A stretch of 59,220 bases of DNA, the filler included. It is 5 parts of 5 records of this genome, joined end to end, with 100 filler letters (N's around TTAATTAATTAA, not from the genome) between each part and the next. Parts side by side here need not be neighbours in the genome. Positions count along the whole stretch, not along the records: positions 31,325 to 59,220 come from DRR723986_4120; 4 more parts are not named here. One strand, 5' to 3'. The translations under genes were made by a program, and so were the position numbers. How positions within the stretch are numbered: position 1 is the stretch's first letter; every line of letters starts with the position of its first letter. Below are positions 39,860 to 49,374 of this stretch, piece after piece. The notes beneath the pieces were generated by a model that had not been told where the DNA came from, made no database searches, and saw nothing but the letters and a program-made list of their open reading frames with translations.

Positions 39860-41032
39860 TCAGGACGAGGAGTAGTTTCGTCTGAGGAAATCATCGAACA
39901 TCGGCACGGTGAAGTCGATGTCGCCATGGGCGGGGCTGTAGATCATCCCCTTGCTAATGATCTGGGCGCGGCGTGGACCGAGAGATTGGATTTTCTCTCC
40001 GAGCTTGTCTGCGACATCGGCTGAGCGATAAGGGCCTTTTCCCAAGGAGGCCATCGCGATCACATATTCCTTTTCCTTCGGGGTCAGGCGATCAAGACGA
40101 ACCCTGAAAAAGCCATTGTCCAGACGTTGGGTAGCATTCGCAGAGGCAGTTTTGACGTCATCTATCGTTATTGGAGAGAGCGTTGCGGCATTCCATGATT
40201 GAAATCCCCATTCCTGAAGGAAATAGGGATACCCCTCCGTTTGCAGAACAATTAGGTCGAGCGCATCGTCATTTATGGCTTCTTCCTCATCTTCGATCGG
40301 CTGACGGATTGCCATGCGAGCAGCGGGTGGGACAAGTGCGCCGATCGGTGGATAGTCGAAGAGTCTTTCGGCGTAAGATTTTGCCTCCCCGCTAAGGGCG
40401 GCGATCTGGGGTAGGCCTGCTCCGAAAAAGATGATCGGCAGGCGAAGCTGATTCACGCGATGAATGGCTACGATCAGGGCGGCGAGTTCTTTCTCGCTGA
40501 GATATTGCAGTTCGTCGATCAGAAGCGCCCAACCTTTTCCGGCAGCCTGTGCCGCCTTGCCGATGCGGACGAACACATCGATAAGATCGAATTCCAGATT
40601 TCCGCTGTCGGCAATGCCGGGTTCTGCCTCAACTTCGATGGTAACTTCGCCCAGCTTCACTTTAAAGATAGCCGCAAAATTGCGAAGGGCGCGCAGGCCT
40701 TCGCGGGAAGCTTTCTTTGCGTTGTCCAACACTGACAAGCGGCGCAGAACCTGATAGAGTTTCGGGTATAGGAGTTGGGCTAAGCTCTGCCCTTCCGGCG
40801 CTTCGATGAAGGATGTCATGAGACCGGCATCGCTGGCAATTTGCTCGATCTTGTTCAGGAGAACCGTTTTGCCCGTGCCTCTCAGCCCCAGAAGAATTTG
40901 CGATTTGTCATAGCGGCCCTGAAGGATGCGCATGGAGGCAATCCTAGCCGCTTCGATGATAGCATCACGTCCGGCCAACTCCGGGGGCTGCGTTCCGGCG
41001 CCAGGGGCAAAGGGGTTGCGAACAGGGTCCAT
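39860..41032 (-). CDS. AAA/STAND-like ATPase with probable C-terminal winged HTH
   Basis: NPFAPGAG..PPELAGR, Walker A GLRGTGKT, Walker B LLIDELQ, GYPYFLQ; lower GC than neighbours. Confidence 0.88.
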   Translation of the reverse strand: MDPVRNPFAPGAGTQPPELAGRDAIIEAARIASMRILQGRYDKSQILLGLRGTGKTVLLNKIEQIASDAGLMTSFIEAPEGQSLAQLLYPKLYQVLRRLSVLDNAKKASREGLRALRNFAAIFKVKLGEVTIEVEAEPGIADSGNLEFDLIDVFVRIGKAAQAAGKGWALLIDELQYLSEKELAALIVAIHRVNQLRLPIIFFGAGLPQIAALSGEAKSYAERLFDYPPIGALVPPAARMAIRQPIEDEEEAINDDALDLIVLQTEGYPYFLQEWGFQSWNAATLSPITIDDVKTASANATQRLDNGFFRVRLDRLTPKEKEYVIAMASLGKGPYRSADVADKLGEKIQSLGPRRAQIISKGMIYSPAHGDIDFTVPMFDDFLRRNYSSS

Positions 41033-41198
41033 TGAAGGTCTATATGTTTTTTATGCAAGTATGTCAATAAAGTGGAGATATTAGATATACATGAATATAA
41101 TTACATAAACTCCCTATACTCTGGCGTCAGGCATGGGCCTCTACTCATGTCCCACAATACTGCTTACACTCCCAGCAAACATAAATGGAGGAAGCAAC

Positions 41199-42053
41199 AT
41201 GGCGTATTCGGAGAATGAGACCGCTTTCACGCAATTCGAGGCACGGCGCCTCTCGCCCGCCATCGGGGCGGAACTGATCGGGGCGGACCTGCGAAACCCG
41301 ACGGATACGCTGGTCTCCGAAGTGCGGGCTGCACTGCTACGCTATCAGGTCGTGTTCTTCCGTGATCAGGACATCACCCGCCAGCAGCACATCGCGTTCG
41401 CCAGAAAGTTCGGGGAGCTCGAAATCCACCCCGCCACGCCGCTGGAACAGCCGGACCGGGAAGTCCTCCGTATTGCGCACGGGCCCAATTCACGCGGCAC
41501 CGAAAACTCCTGGCATTCGGACGTTACCTGGCGGGAGGCCCCGTCGCTCGGTTCCATCCTGCGTGCGATCGAACTGCCGGAGGTCGGCGGCGACACGCTC
41601 TTCTCCAACATGGTCATGTCGTATGAAGATCTCGACGACGGACTGAAGGAGCGGCTCTGCCAGATGACGGCGGTGCACGATATCGCCCGCGTCTTCGCCA
41701 AGCGCCTGAAGAAGGATGCAACCGAACTCCACGCAAAATACCCGCCGATGGAGCACCCCGTGATCCGGACCCATCCGGAAACGGGCCAGCGCGGACTCTA
41801 CGTCAACACGGCGTTCACGGACCATATCAAGGGCATGGACCGGAAAGAGAGCGATGAGCTGCTGAAGTATCTCTATTCCCGCGCCGCCATTCCGGAATAC
41901 CAGTGCCGCTTTCGCTGGGCTCCAGGCTCGCTCGCCTTCTGGGACAATCGCGCCTGCCAGCACTATGCGGCCAGCGATTATTTCCCGAATGTGCGCATCA
42001 TGGAACGCGTTACCATCGCGGGCGACCGGCCATACTTCAAGGCGGCAGCCTAG
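41199..42053 (+). CDS. TauD/TfdA family 2-oxoglutarate-dependent dioxygenase
   Basis: WHSDVT, GGDTLF, HPVIRTHPETG, WDNRACQHYA. Confidence 0.95.
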   Translation: MAYSENETAFTQFEARRLSPAIGAELIGADLRNPTDTLVSEVRAALLRYQVVFFRDQDITRQQHIAFARKFGELEIHPATPLEQPDREVLRIAHGPNSRGTENSWHSDVTWREAPSLGSILRAIELPEVGGDTLFSNMVMSYEDLDDGLKERLCQMTAVHDIARVFAKRLKKDATELHAKYPPMEHPVIRTHPETGQRGLYVNTAFTDHIKGMDRKESDELLKYLYSRAAIPEYQCRFRWAPGSLAFWDNRACQHYAASDYFPNVRIMERVTIAGDRPYFKAAA

Positions 42054-42721
42054 GCGAGAGAAGCGACTTCGTCGTCATTCAGCAATCGCCACTCGCCTTC
42101 CGGCAGGCCGCCTAGCGTGAAAGGTCCGAAGGCGGCCCGGTGGAGGGTTTCGACATGGTTGCCGGCGGCGGCGAACATACGGCGCACTTGGTGGTAGCGG
42201 CCTTCGGTGAGGGTCAGGCGGGCGGTGCGCTCACCGGTCACTTCCAGCTGGGCAGGCAGCAGGGGCTTCTCCTCGCCGCGCAGCATCAGTGTGCCGCTGG
42301 CGAAGAGGTCTGCCTCGTGGCCCTCCAGCGGGCGGGCAAGGGTGGCTTCATAGGTCTTCGGCATTTCTGACTTGGGTGAGATCAGCTTGTGAAGCAGTTT
42401 TCCGTCATCCGTAAACAGAAGAAGTCCGGTCGTGTCTGCATCGAGGCGTCCGACGCTTGAGAGCGGCGGCGTCCGCCGAAGGAAGCGCGGCGGCAACAAT
42501 TCGTAGACGAGCCGGCCCTGATCGGCGCGGGAGCAGGTGAACCCCGCAGGCTTGTTCATGAGGATCACCATGCCGGGCGGCGGGTCCAGCGGTTCGCCGT
42601 CGAAACGGAGGTCTTCGCCTTCGCTGGTCACGCGGCCGCGGCGAATGGCGGCCTCCATCTCCTTGCGGCTGCCATAGCCGAGATGGGCAAGGTATTTCGC
42701 GAGCTGGCGCGTGTCCTTCAT
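42050..42721 (-). CDS. RsuA family pseudouridine synthase
   Basis: NKPAG, VGRLDADTTGLLLFT, EGRYHQVRRMF. Confidence 0.92.
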   Translation of the reverse strand: MKDTRQLAKYLAHLGYGSRKEMEAAIRRGRVTSEGEDLRFDGEPLDPPPGMVILMNKPAGFTCSRADQGRLVYELLPPRFLRRTPPLSSVGRLDADTTGLLLFTDDGKLLHKLISPKSEMPKTYEATLARPLEGHEADLFASGTLMLRGEEKPLLPAQLEVTGERTARLTLTEGRYHQVRRMFAAAGNHVETLHRAAFGPFTLGGLPEGEWRLLNDDEVASLA

Positions 42722-42731
42722 GGCCGGGGTT

Positions 42732-43769
42732 TTACCGCTTTCGCTTCGGCTTCTCGGCCTTGATGATCTTGTAGCCGCCCTCGTCTTCCAGCATCTCGTG
42801 ACTCTTGAAGCACTCACTCAGCACGCTCTCATAGGGCAGGTGGCGATTGGCGACGAGCCAGAGCGTGCCTCCGGTTTTCAGCGCATCGGCTGCAGCGCGG
42901 ATAAAGTCCTGACCGAGAGACGTGCTGTCGGCCCGGCCGGCATGGAAAGGCGGGTTCATGACGACAAAGTCGAATTCGGCCTTGGGTGCGTTCTTCGTCA
43001 CATCCGCCCAATGAGCAGTCCAGTTGCTGAAGCCTTCGAGGTTTTTCTGCTGGCAAGCCAGCGCGCGATACTCCGCTTCGAACAGGGTCATGCTTTCAAC
43101 ATGCGGGCAGTTGGTCAGCACTTCTCGCGCAAGGTAACCCTGGCCGGCACCAAAGTCTGCGCCCTCGCCGCGGACCCATTCCGGGATGCTGTCGGCCAGC
43201 AGTTCGCTGCCCGCGTCGATACGATCCCAGCTGAAGAGGCCCGGCCGGCTCCACAGGGCGCCGTCATCGACTTCCTGCGGGGCGTCAAAGGCGATCCACT
43301 CTTCCGCCAGCTGAGCGTTCCAGTCATTGGTCTTCACCGCCCAGAAGGCCCGGCACTTGTGTTTCGACAGGCTTTGCGTTTCGCCAGCCAGTTCCGCGAG
43401 GATCTTCTCACCTGTCTTGGCGCCCAGCGTGTTCGGCAGGCAGGCGACGATCACGCCGCCCGTGGGGGCATCGCGCATGGCGCGCGCGAACAGGGCGCGC
43501 GTCTCATCGCGCTGGCGAGGCGGCAGGACAATGGTCAGCGCCGCAGTGGGGAAACTCTCAGTCTCCGGTAGCAGGACCGTGAACCCGGCGGCCTTCAGGG
43601 CGTCGTGATCCGGCTTGAAACTGTTCTGGCAGGTCAGCCGCTCCTTCGGCAGGCGCATCAGGAAGGGCACTGCCTCCGCGCGCAGGCAGAGGAGGCTGCC
43701 CGTTTCCGGCAACAGGTCAGCCTCTTCAAAGGCGAGGGAAAGCGTATCGAAAACAACGGTATCAAACAT
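42732..43769 (-). CDS. Class I SAM methyltransferase (RsmC/MTS-like)
   Basis: PGLFSWDRIDAGSELL, DFGAGQG, VMNPPFH, LVANRHLPYE. Confidence 0.9.
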   Translation of the reverse strand: MFDTVVFDTLSLAFEEADLLPETGSLLCLRAEAVPFLMRLPKERLTCQNSFKPDHDALKAAGFTVLLPETESFPTAALTIVLPPRQRDETRALFARAMRDAPTGGVIVACLPNTLGAKTGEKILAELAGETQSLSKHKCRAFWAVKTNDWNAQLAEEWIAFDAPQEVDDGALWSRPGLFSWDRIDAGSELLADSIPEWVRGEGADFGAGQGYLAREVLTNCPHVESMTLFEAEYRALACQQKNLEGFSNWTAHWADVTKNAPKAEFDFVVMNPPFHAGRADSTSLGQDFIRAAADALKTGGTLWLVANRHLPYESVLSECFKSHEMLEDEGGYKIIKAEKPKRKR

Positions 43770-43820
43770 GGGCGCTCTCTACGCGTATGACGGGGCGGGT
43801 GCAATCGGACGATGCGGTGC

Positions 43821-45824
43821 CTAGCGTTCGACGCGGTAGCCGCTGCGCCCGGCCAGCGGCTGGCCTGCCGCGATGGAGAAAGCCTGGCTGAGGCCGCGAT
43901 AGAAGGCGATGCGCGCTTCGGCTTCCTCGCTGATCATCAGGCCGCTCTCGGCGCCGATCAGGCGCTCCGGCGTCTTTCCGGCATGGGCGAGTTCCATCAT
44001 GTCAGACCAGAGGTCAGCCGGCAGGCCGCCGCCGGTTACCTTCTTCATTGGCTTGTCGTCATCATTGCCGACCCAGATGCCGCCGACATATTCTGCCGAA
44101 TATCCAATGAACCAGGCGTCCCGCCAGTCCTGGCTGGTGCCTGTCTTGCCCGCGACGGTCCAGCCAGCAATGCGGGCCTTGCCGCCGGTGCCGATGTCGG
44201 AATTCACGACGCGGTAGAGCATGGCGTTCATGTCCCGGGAGAGGCCTTCCGAGTACACACGGTCACGCTCATAGTCCGGGCGTTGGTAGAGCACCATGCC
44301 GCGCGAATCCTCGATCTTCTCGATCAGCCATGGGTCCAGCCGCAGCCCGCCGGACTGGAACACGCCATAGGCGCGCGTCAGTTCCCACAGGGAGACTTCC
44401 TGGCTACCCAGGGCGATGGACGGATACGCCTCCAGTTTCGTGGTGATGCCGAAACGCCGGGCCGTTTCCGCCACACGCGCCGGGCCGGACAGTTGCGTCA
44501 GCTCCACCGCGACCGTGTTGATGGACCGCGCGATCGCTTCGCTCATCGTCATGGGGCCGAGATAGGCGCCGGTATAGTTCGACGGGCTCCACTTGCCGAT
44601 AGTGATCGGGGCATCCTCGAACACGTCATAAGGCGAGTAGCCGTCTTCCAGCGCCGTAGCGTAGACAAACGGCTTGAAGCTGGATCCCGGCTGACGCAGG
44701 GCCTGCGTGACGCGGTTGAATTCGGTCGTCGTATAATCCGTGCCGCCGACGAGGGCGGCGACGCGGCCGTCTTTCCCGATCAGGACAGCCGCCATCTGGC
44801 TTGCGCCTTCTTCGGCGCCGTCGCTTTCCATCCGCTTGACCAATTGGACCCGGATCTTTTCCTGCAGGTCGATGTCCAGCGAGACGGTGACGACAAGGTC
44901 TCCCGGAATACGGGGCAACATTGCCTTCACCCGCTCCGACACCGCGTCCAGTGCATAACCGAGCTGAGGGTCATAGGTTGGCGGATCGATGATCGTGATG
45001 GCTTCGGCTTTGGCCGCTTCAGCCTCGGCCGGGCGGATGAAACCGAGGTCGACCATCTGGGCGAGGACATAGGCCTGGCGCTCTTTGGCGCCTTCCAGGT
45101 TCTCCCGCAGGTTCAGTTTGGATGGGGCCTTGGGCAGGGCGGCCAGAATGGCGGCCTCCGCCACGGTCAGCTTCTGGGGCTCCTTGCCGAAATAGTAGCG
45201 CGCCGCCGCATCAATGCCGTACAGCCCGGCGCCGAAATACACCCGGTTCAGATAGAGCGAGAGGATCTCATCCTTGCTCATCCTGGTCTCGAGCTCTCGG
45301 GCGAGCTTCACTTCCTGCGCCTTGCGTTTCACCGTCTGGTGAGAGGTGAGGACAAGGTTCTTGATCAGCTGCTGGGTGATCGTGGAAGCACCGGAGACGG
45401 TCTCGCCGGCCCGCAGGTTCGACCATGCCGCACGGGCGATAGCGGCATCGTCGGCTCCGTCATGCTCGTAGAAGCGCTTGTCCTCGGCGGCGATGAAGGC
45501 CTGCGGCACGTGTTCAGGCAGCTGGTCCACCGAGGTTGCCCGGCCATAGCGCGGGCCGCGCACGTCCAGCGTGTCGCCGTCATGATCGATGAATTCGATG
45601 GCCGCTTCGCGCTTTACGCTCCAGAGGTCTGCCACTTCGGGCAGTTTCGGCATGCCGGCATAAAGCGAGCGCCATTTCCAGAAGCCCCAGCCGCCAACCA
45701 CCAGAAATACCACCAGGAAGAGGATCAGCGTATAGCGCACCAAACGGGGATGGCGGGAGGCAAAGCCACCGCCGGGCACCTTGATCGTCCGTTGGGCCGG
45801 GGCCTTGTTACCCTTCTGCGCCAT
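43821..45824 (-). CDS. Class A penicillin-binding protein (PBP1A family)
   Basis: TM anchor; EDKRFYEH, GASTITQQLIKN (transglycosylase); SSFK, SIN, KTGT (transpeptidase). Confidence 0.95.
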   Translation of the reverse strand: MAQKGNKAPAQRTIKVPGGGFASRHPRLVRYTLILFLVVFLVVGGWGFWKWRSLYAGMPKLPEVADLWSVKREAAIEFIDHDGDTLDVRGPRYGRATSVDQLPEHVPQAFIAAEDKRFYEHDGADDAAIARAAWSNLRAGETVSGASTITQQLIKNLVLTSHQTVKRKAQEVKLARELETRMSKDEILSLYLNRVYFGAGLYGIDAAARYYFGKEPQKLTVAEAAILAALPKAPSKLNLRENLEGAKERQAYVLAQMVDLGFIRPAEAEAAKAEAITIIDPPTYDPQLGYALDAVSERVKAMLPRIPGDLVVTVSLDIDLQEKIRVQLVKRMESDGAEEGASQMAAVLIGKDGRVAALVGGTDYTTTEFNRVTQALRQPGSSFKPFVYATALEDGYSPYDVFEDAPITIGKWSPSNYTGAYLGPMTMSEAIARSINTVAVELTQLSGPARVAETARRFGITTKLEAYPSIALGSQEVSLWELTRAYGVFQSGGLRLDPWLIEKIEDSRGMVLYQRPDYERDRVYSEGLSRDMNAMLYRVVNSDIGTGGKARIAGWTVAGKTGTSQDWRDAWFIGYSAEYVGGIWVGNDDDKPMKKVTGGGLPADLWSDMMELAHAGKTPERLIGAESGLMISEEAEARIAFYRGLSQAFSIAAGQPLAGRSGYRVER

Positions 45825-46098
45825 GTCTGCCTGTCAGTAGAATCGATAATCTCTGAGGGTAAATGCGAGAGGATTACGGCAGTGTGAAGGCACATGCCGC
45901 CCGGGCGGCAGGCTGGGTGAGGGGATTTCGTTGCGATCGCCGCAATCCGGCCTTTCAAACGGGCGCAAACTTGACCCACTGCCGCGACGTCATACGGGGT
46001 GTCCCGTAGTGCGGGGGCGATTTTTCTGGTTTCAATGAAAAGTGTAGAAATGCGCCTTCGGGTGGTCCGTTGGTGCGGGATCAGGTGGACGGAGAGCC

Positions 46099-47637
46099 AT
46101 GACAGGGACGGAAACGAAAGCAAAGCCCGCTGAGGGCAAGGTGGAACATTTCGATGTGCTGATTGCGGGAGCCGGCATTTCCGGTGTCGGTGCGGCGTAT
46201 CACATGAAAACGCAATGCCCGGGAAAAAGCTATGCCGTGCTGGAAAAGCTCGAAAGCTTTGGCGGCACCTGGCTGTGGCACAAATATCCGGGCATTCGCT
46301 CCGACTCCGACCTTTATACCTTCGGCTACCGTTTCAAGCCGTGGACCGGGACGCCGATCGCGACGGCAGAAGAGATCCGCACTTATATGGGCGAAGTGAT
46401 CGAGGAGAATGACCTCGGCAAGCACATCCGCTACGGCCACCAGATCCTTTCGGCCGAATGGTCCTCGAAGGAAAGCCTGTGGACCTTGAAAGTGCGCCGC
46501 ATCGAAACGGATGAAGTGCTGACCTTCACCTGCAACTTCCTCTGGATGTGCCAGGGTTACTACAACTACACCAAGCCCTACACGCCGGACTGGCCGGACA
46601 TGGACAAGTTCAAGGGCCAGATCATCCACCCGCAGCTGTGGCCGGATGACATCGACCTCAAGGGCAAGAAAGTTGTCTGCATCGGCTCCGGCGCGACGAC
46701 GGCGACCGTTGTGCCCGCAATCGCAGGCGAAGTGGAGCACGTCACCGTGCTGCAGCGCTCGCCGACCTATTTCATCCCGGGCCGGAATGAAAATGAGATG
46801 GTCACCGAGCTCGAAAAGATCGGCATCGACTGGGATACGATCCACCGGGTCGCCCGCCAGAAAGTCCTGTTCGACCAGCACGATTTCACCCGCCGCTGCC
46901 TGGAGGAGACTGACGTGGTCACCCAGGAACTTCTGGAAGGCGTGAAAGCGTTCCTCGGCGAAGACTATCCAATCGACAAGCACTTCACCCCACGCTACCG
47001 CCCGTGGCGCCAGCGCATCGCCTTCGTCCCGGATGGCGACCTGTTCCAGGGCATCGCTTCAGGCAAGGCCGATGTGGTGACTGATGAGATCGAGCGATTC
47101 ACGGAAAAAGGCATCCTGACCAAGGGTGGCCAGGAACTGGAAGCCGACATCGTCATCACGGCGACGGGCTTCAATCTCTCCGTCCTCGGCGATATTCCGT
47201 TCACGGTGGATGATAAGCCGGTCGACTTCTCCGAGACGGTCACCTATCGCGGCATGATGTTCACCGGCGTGCCCAACATGGCCTGGGTGTTCGGCTACTT
47301 CCGTGCCTCCTGGACGCTTCGCGTCGACCTGATGGGCGATTTCATCACCCGCCTCTTGAAGCACATGGACGAGAAGGGGGTCACGCAGGTTCGGGTGAAG
47401 CTGCGTGAGGAAGACAAGGACATGGAGATCCTGCCTTGGATCGACCCGGAAGACTTCAATCCCGGCTATCTCATGCGCTCCATGCATCTCCTGCCGAAGC
47501 GCGGCTCCAAATATATCTGGCAGCACACGCAGGACTACTGGAACGAGAAAGAGGAAATCCCGAACATCGACCTCGATGCGGAGGAATTCGACTATTCCGG
47601 ACAGAAGGCCAGGACGCCAGAAACTGCCGACGCCTGA
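46099..47637 (+). CDS. Flavin-containing monooxygenase (EthA/AlmA-like)
   Basis: GAGISG, GGTW..HKYPGIRSDSD, FKGQIIHPQLWP, GSGATT, ITATG. Confidence 0.93.
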   Translation: MTGTETKAKPAEGKVEHFDVLIAGAGISGVGAAYHMKTQCPGKSYAVLEKLESFGGTWLWHKYPGIRSDSDLYTFGYRFKPWTGTPIATAEEIRTYMGEVIEENDLGKHIRYGHQILSAEWSSKESLWTLKVRRIETDEVLTFTCNFLWMCQGYYNYTKPYTPDWPDMDKFKGQIIHPQLWPDDIDLKGKKVVCIGSGATTATVVPAIAGEVEHVTVLQRSPTYFIPGRNENEMVTELEKIGIDWDTIHRVARQKVLFDQHDFTRRCLEETDVVTQELLEGVKAFLGEDYPIDKHFTPRYRPWRQRIAFVPDGDLFQGIASGKADVVTDEIERFTEKGILTKGGQELEADIVITATGFNLSVLGDIPFTVDDKPVDFSETVTYRGMMFTGVPNMAWVFGYFRASWTLRVDLMGDFITRLLKHMDEKGVTQVRVKLREEDKDMEILPWIDPEDFNPGYLMRSMHLLPKRGSKYIWQHTQDYWNEKEEIPNIDLDAEEFDYSGQKARTPETADA

Positions 47638-47653
47638 TTAGCGGCATGCAAAC

Positions 47654-47692
47654 AAAGAGCCTCTCCTGCAACCCTCAGGAGGGGCTTTTTTT
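47654..47692 (+). terminator. Rho-independent terminator
   Basis: AAAGAGCCTCTCCTG-caaccct-CAGGAGGGGC-TTTTTTT. Confidence 0.85.
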
Positions 47693-47833
47693 ATGGGCGA
47701 AATGTCGTTCCGGATGGGAGGCTGCTCTAGTTGTTGCAGATGAGGTGCGTGCCGGGTCTTGCGCCACCGCCCTAAATGACTAACGGTTTCTTACGGGCTT
47801 TTCTATTCTTGGGATTCAATCTAAAGGGGTAAG

Positions 47834-48484
47834 ATGAATATCAGAGAAGATTTCATGCGCCCCCGGTCCGAACGGGAAAACGCTGCCCGCCGGGCCGCGA
47901 TCCTTGACGTAGCCGAAGCACTGGTACTGGAAACCCACAATCAGAGGTTCTCCATCAACAATGTGGCCAGTCGCCTCGGCGTATCGCAAAGCACGATCTT
48001 CCTGCATTTCCGAAACCGGGAGGAATTATTGACCACGCTGTACACACGCGTTGGCAAAAATTTCTTCGAGACCTTCCTCAGCCGGGTCCACGAAGGCATG
48101 TCGGACAAAGCGTTCTGCGAAGCCTTCATCGACACTGCGGTGGAGTTTCCGGGCTTCCGCCTGATGCGCCCGATGATCATGCGTGTCGTGGAAGAAAGCC
48201 TCAATCAGGAATACATCCACGATGCCGTAAAGGAGATTTATCTCTATCGGATGGCCGCAGCGGACAAGGTCGAGAACATGCTGAAGCTGGAGCCGGGCCA
48301 GGGCCGCCGCCTGATGAAGAGCTTCGTCAATCTGTTGTGTGGCGCCGTCCAGGCCGACATCGGCAAGCTGCTGGCGATGGAGAAACTGGATGAAAATGTG
48401 ACCGATGGCGTCCGGTCATTCGATCTTCGCGATGCGTTCCTCAGCGGTGCAGAGCTCCTGATGACCGGCATCCGGCATTCGTGA
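47834..48484 (+). CDS. TetR family regulator
   Basis: RRAAILDVA...FSINNVASRLGVSQSTIFLHFRNREELL. Confidence 0.9.
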   Translation: MNIREDFMRPRSERENAARRAAILDVAEALVLETHNQRFSINNVASRLGVSQSTIFLHFRNREELLTTLYTRVGKNFFETFLSRVHEGMSDKAFCEAFIDTAVEFPGFRLMRPMIMRVVEESLNQEYIHDAVKEIYLYRMAAADKVENMLKLEPGQGRRLMKSFVNLLCGAVQADIGKLLAMEKLDENVTDGVRSFDLRDAFLSGAELLMTGIRHS

Positions 48485-48502
48485 TCTGTAAGTGATGCAG
48501 AT

Positions 48503-48518
48503 GTGACGTTGCGGTCAC
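48503..48518. promoter_or_regulatory. Candidate TetR operator
   Basis: GTGAC-N6-GTCAC palindrome between the two tetR genes. Confidence 0.4.
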
Positions 48519-48645
48519 CTATTCCGCCTATAAAGTGACCTTTCAGAGAATGAGTCGTCTGCTCTGGGTGGAACTCATGCGATTTGAGGCAGGCGTCCGT
48601 TTTCGCGGCCCTTCTTTCCATCCGGGCAATTGGTAGAGGTGCCTG

Positions 48646-49305
48646 ATGGCAATCCGCGAAGATTTCCAGCGTGCGCGTACGGACCTGGAAAAGCAAACCC
48701 GCCGTGTCGAGATTCTCGAAGCGGCCGAGGCGCTGCTCCTCCAATCGGGGAATGAACGGTTCGCGGTTTCGGCGCTAGCCGCCAAAGTCGGCGTGTCGAA
48801 GAGCACGGTCTTTCTCTATTTCGGCAACAAGGAGGAAATGCTCCTGGCCGTTTATGAGCGGGCTTTCATCCGGGCATTCACGCAGCTGGGCGAAAGGCTT
48901 ACGCCGGGCATGTCTGGCAGGGCCTTTTGCGAAGCGTTCATCGACTGCATGATCAATTTCCCCGCGATGCTCATTCTGCGGGCACAGCTCGCCCGGACGA
49001 TCGAGCGGAACGTTGCCCTGGATTCGATGGTCTCCACCAAGCAGCGCATTCTCTCAACCGGCCAGGCCGTCGCTGAGAAAATTGACAGGGATATGGATCT
49101 GGAAAGTGGCTGCGGCATGCGTATGCTGATGGCGCTGGTGAATCTGTCGGCGGGCGCGGTGCAGGCGGATTCCTTGCCCTATGTCGACGCGGACGCCTTG
49201 CCGGAAGACATCGCCGATCTTTTGCATGTGGTTTCGATCCGAAACATTTTCATGAGCGGGGCGGAACTCATCTTCTGCGGTGCAACAGGCCGTCCTTTTG
49301 ATTGA
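48646..49305 (+). CDS. TetR family regulator (paralog of the upstream gene)
   Basis: RRVEILEAA...LAAKVGVSKSTVFLYFGNKEEML; shares IREDF, GMS..AFCEAFID, GAVQAD and SGAEL with 47834-48484. Confidence 0.9.
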   Translation: MAIREDFQRARTDLEKQTRRVEILEAAEALLLQSGNERFAVSALAAKVGVSKSTVFLYFGNKEEMLLAVYERAFIRAFTQLGERLTPGMSGRAFCEAFIDCMINFPAMLILRAQLARTIERNVALDSMVSTKQRILSTGQAVAEKIDRDMDLESGCGMRMLMALVNLSAGAVQADSLPYVDADALPEDIADLLHVVSIRNIFMSGAELIFCGATGRPFD

Positions 49306-49328
49306 AGCGGTTCTCTCTGGAGCAGTGG

Positions 49329-49344
49329 GTAAAACGCCATTAAC
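49329..49344. promoter_or_regulatory. CtrA-like box
   Basis: GTAA-N7-TTAAC. Confidence 0.45.
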
Positions 49345-49374
49345 TTGCGAATGGGGGTAAACCGGAGAGATCTC

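Noticed and set aside
47780..47794. CTAA-N7-TTAC as a CtrA box
   Set aside because: Two mismatches; too weak to count
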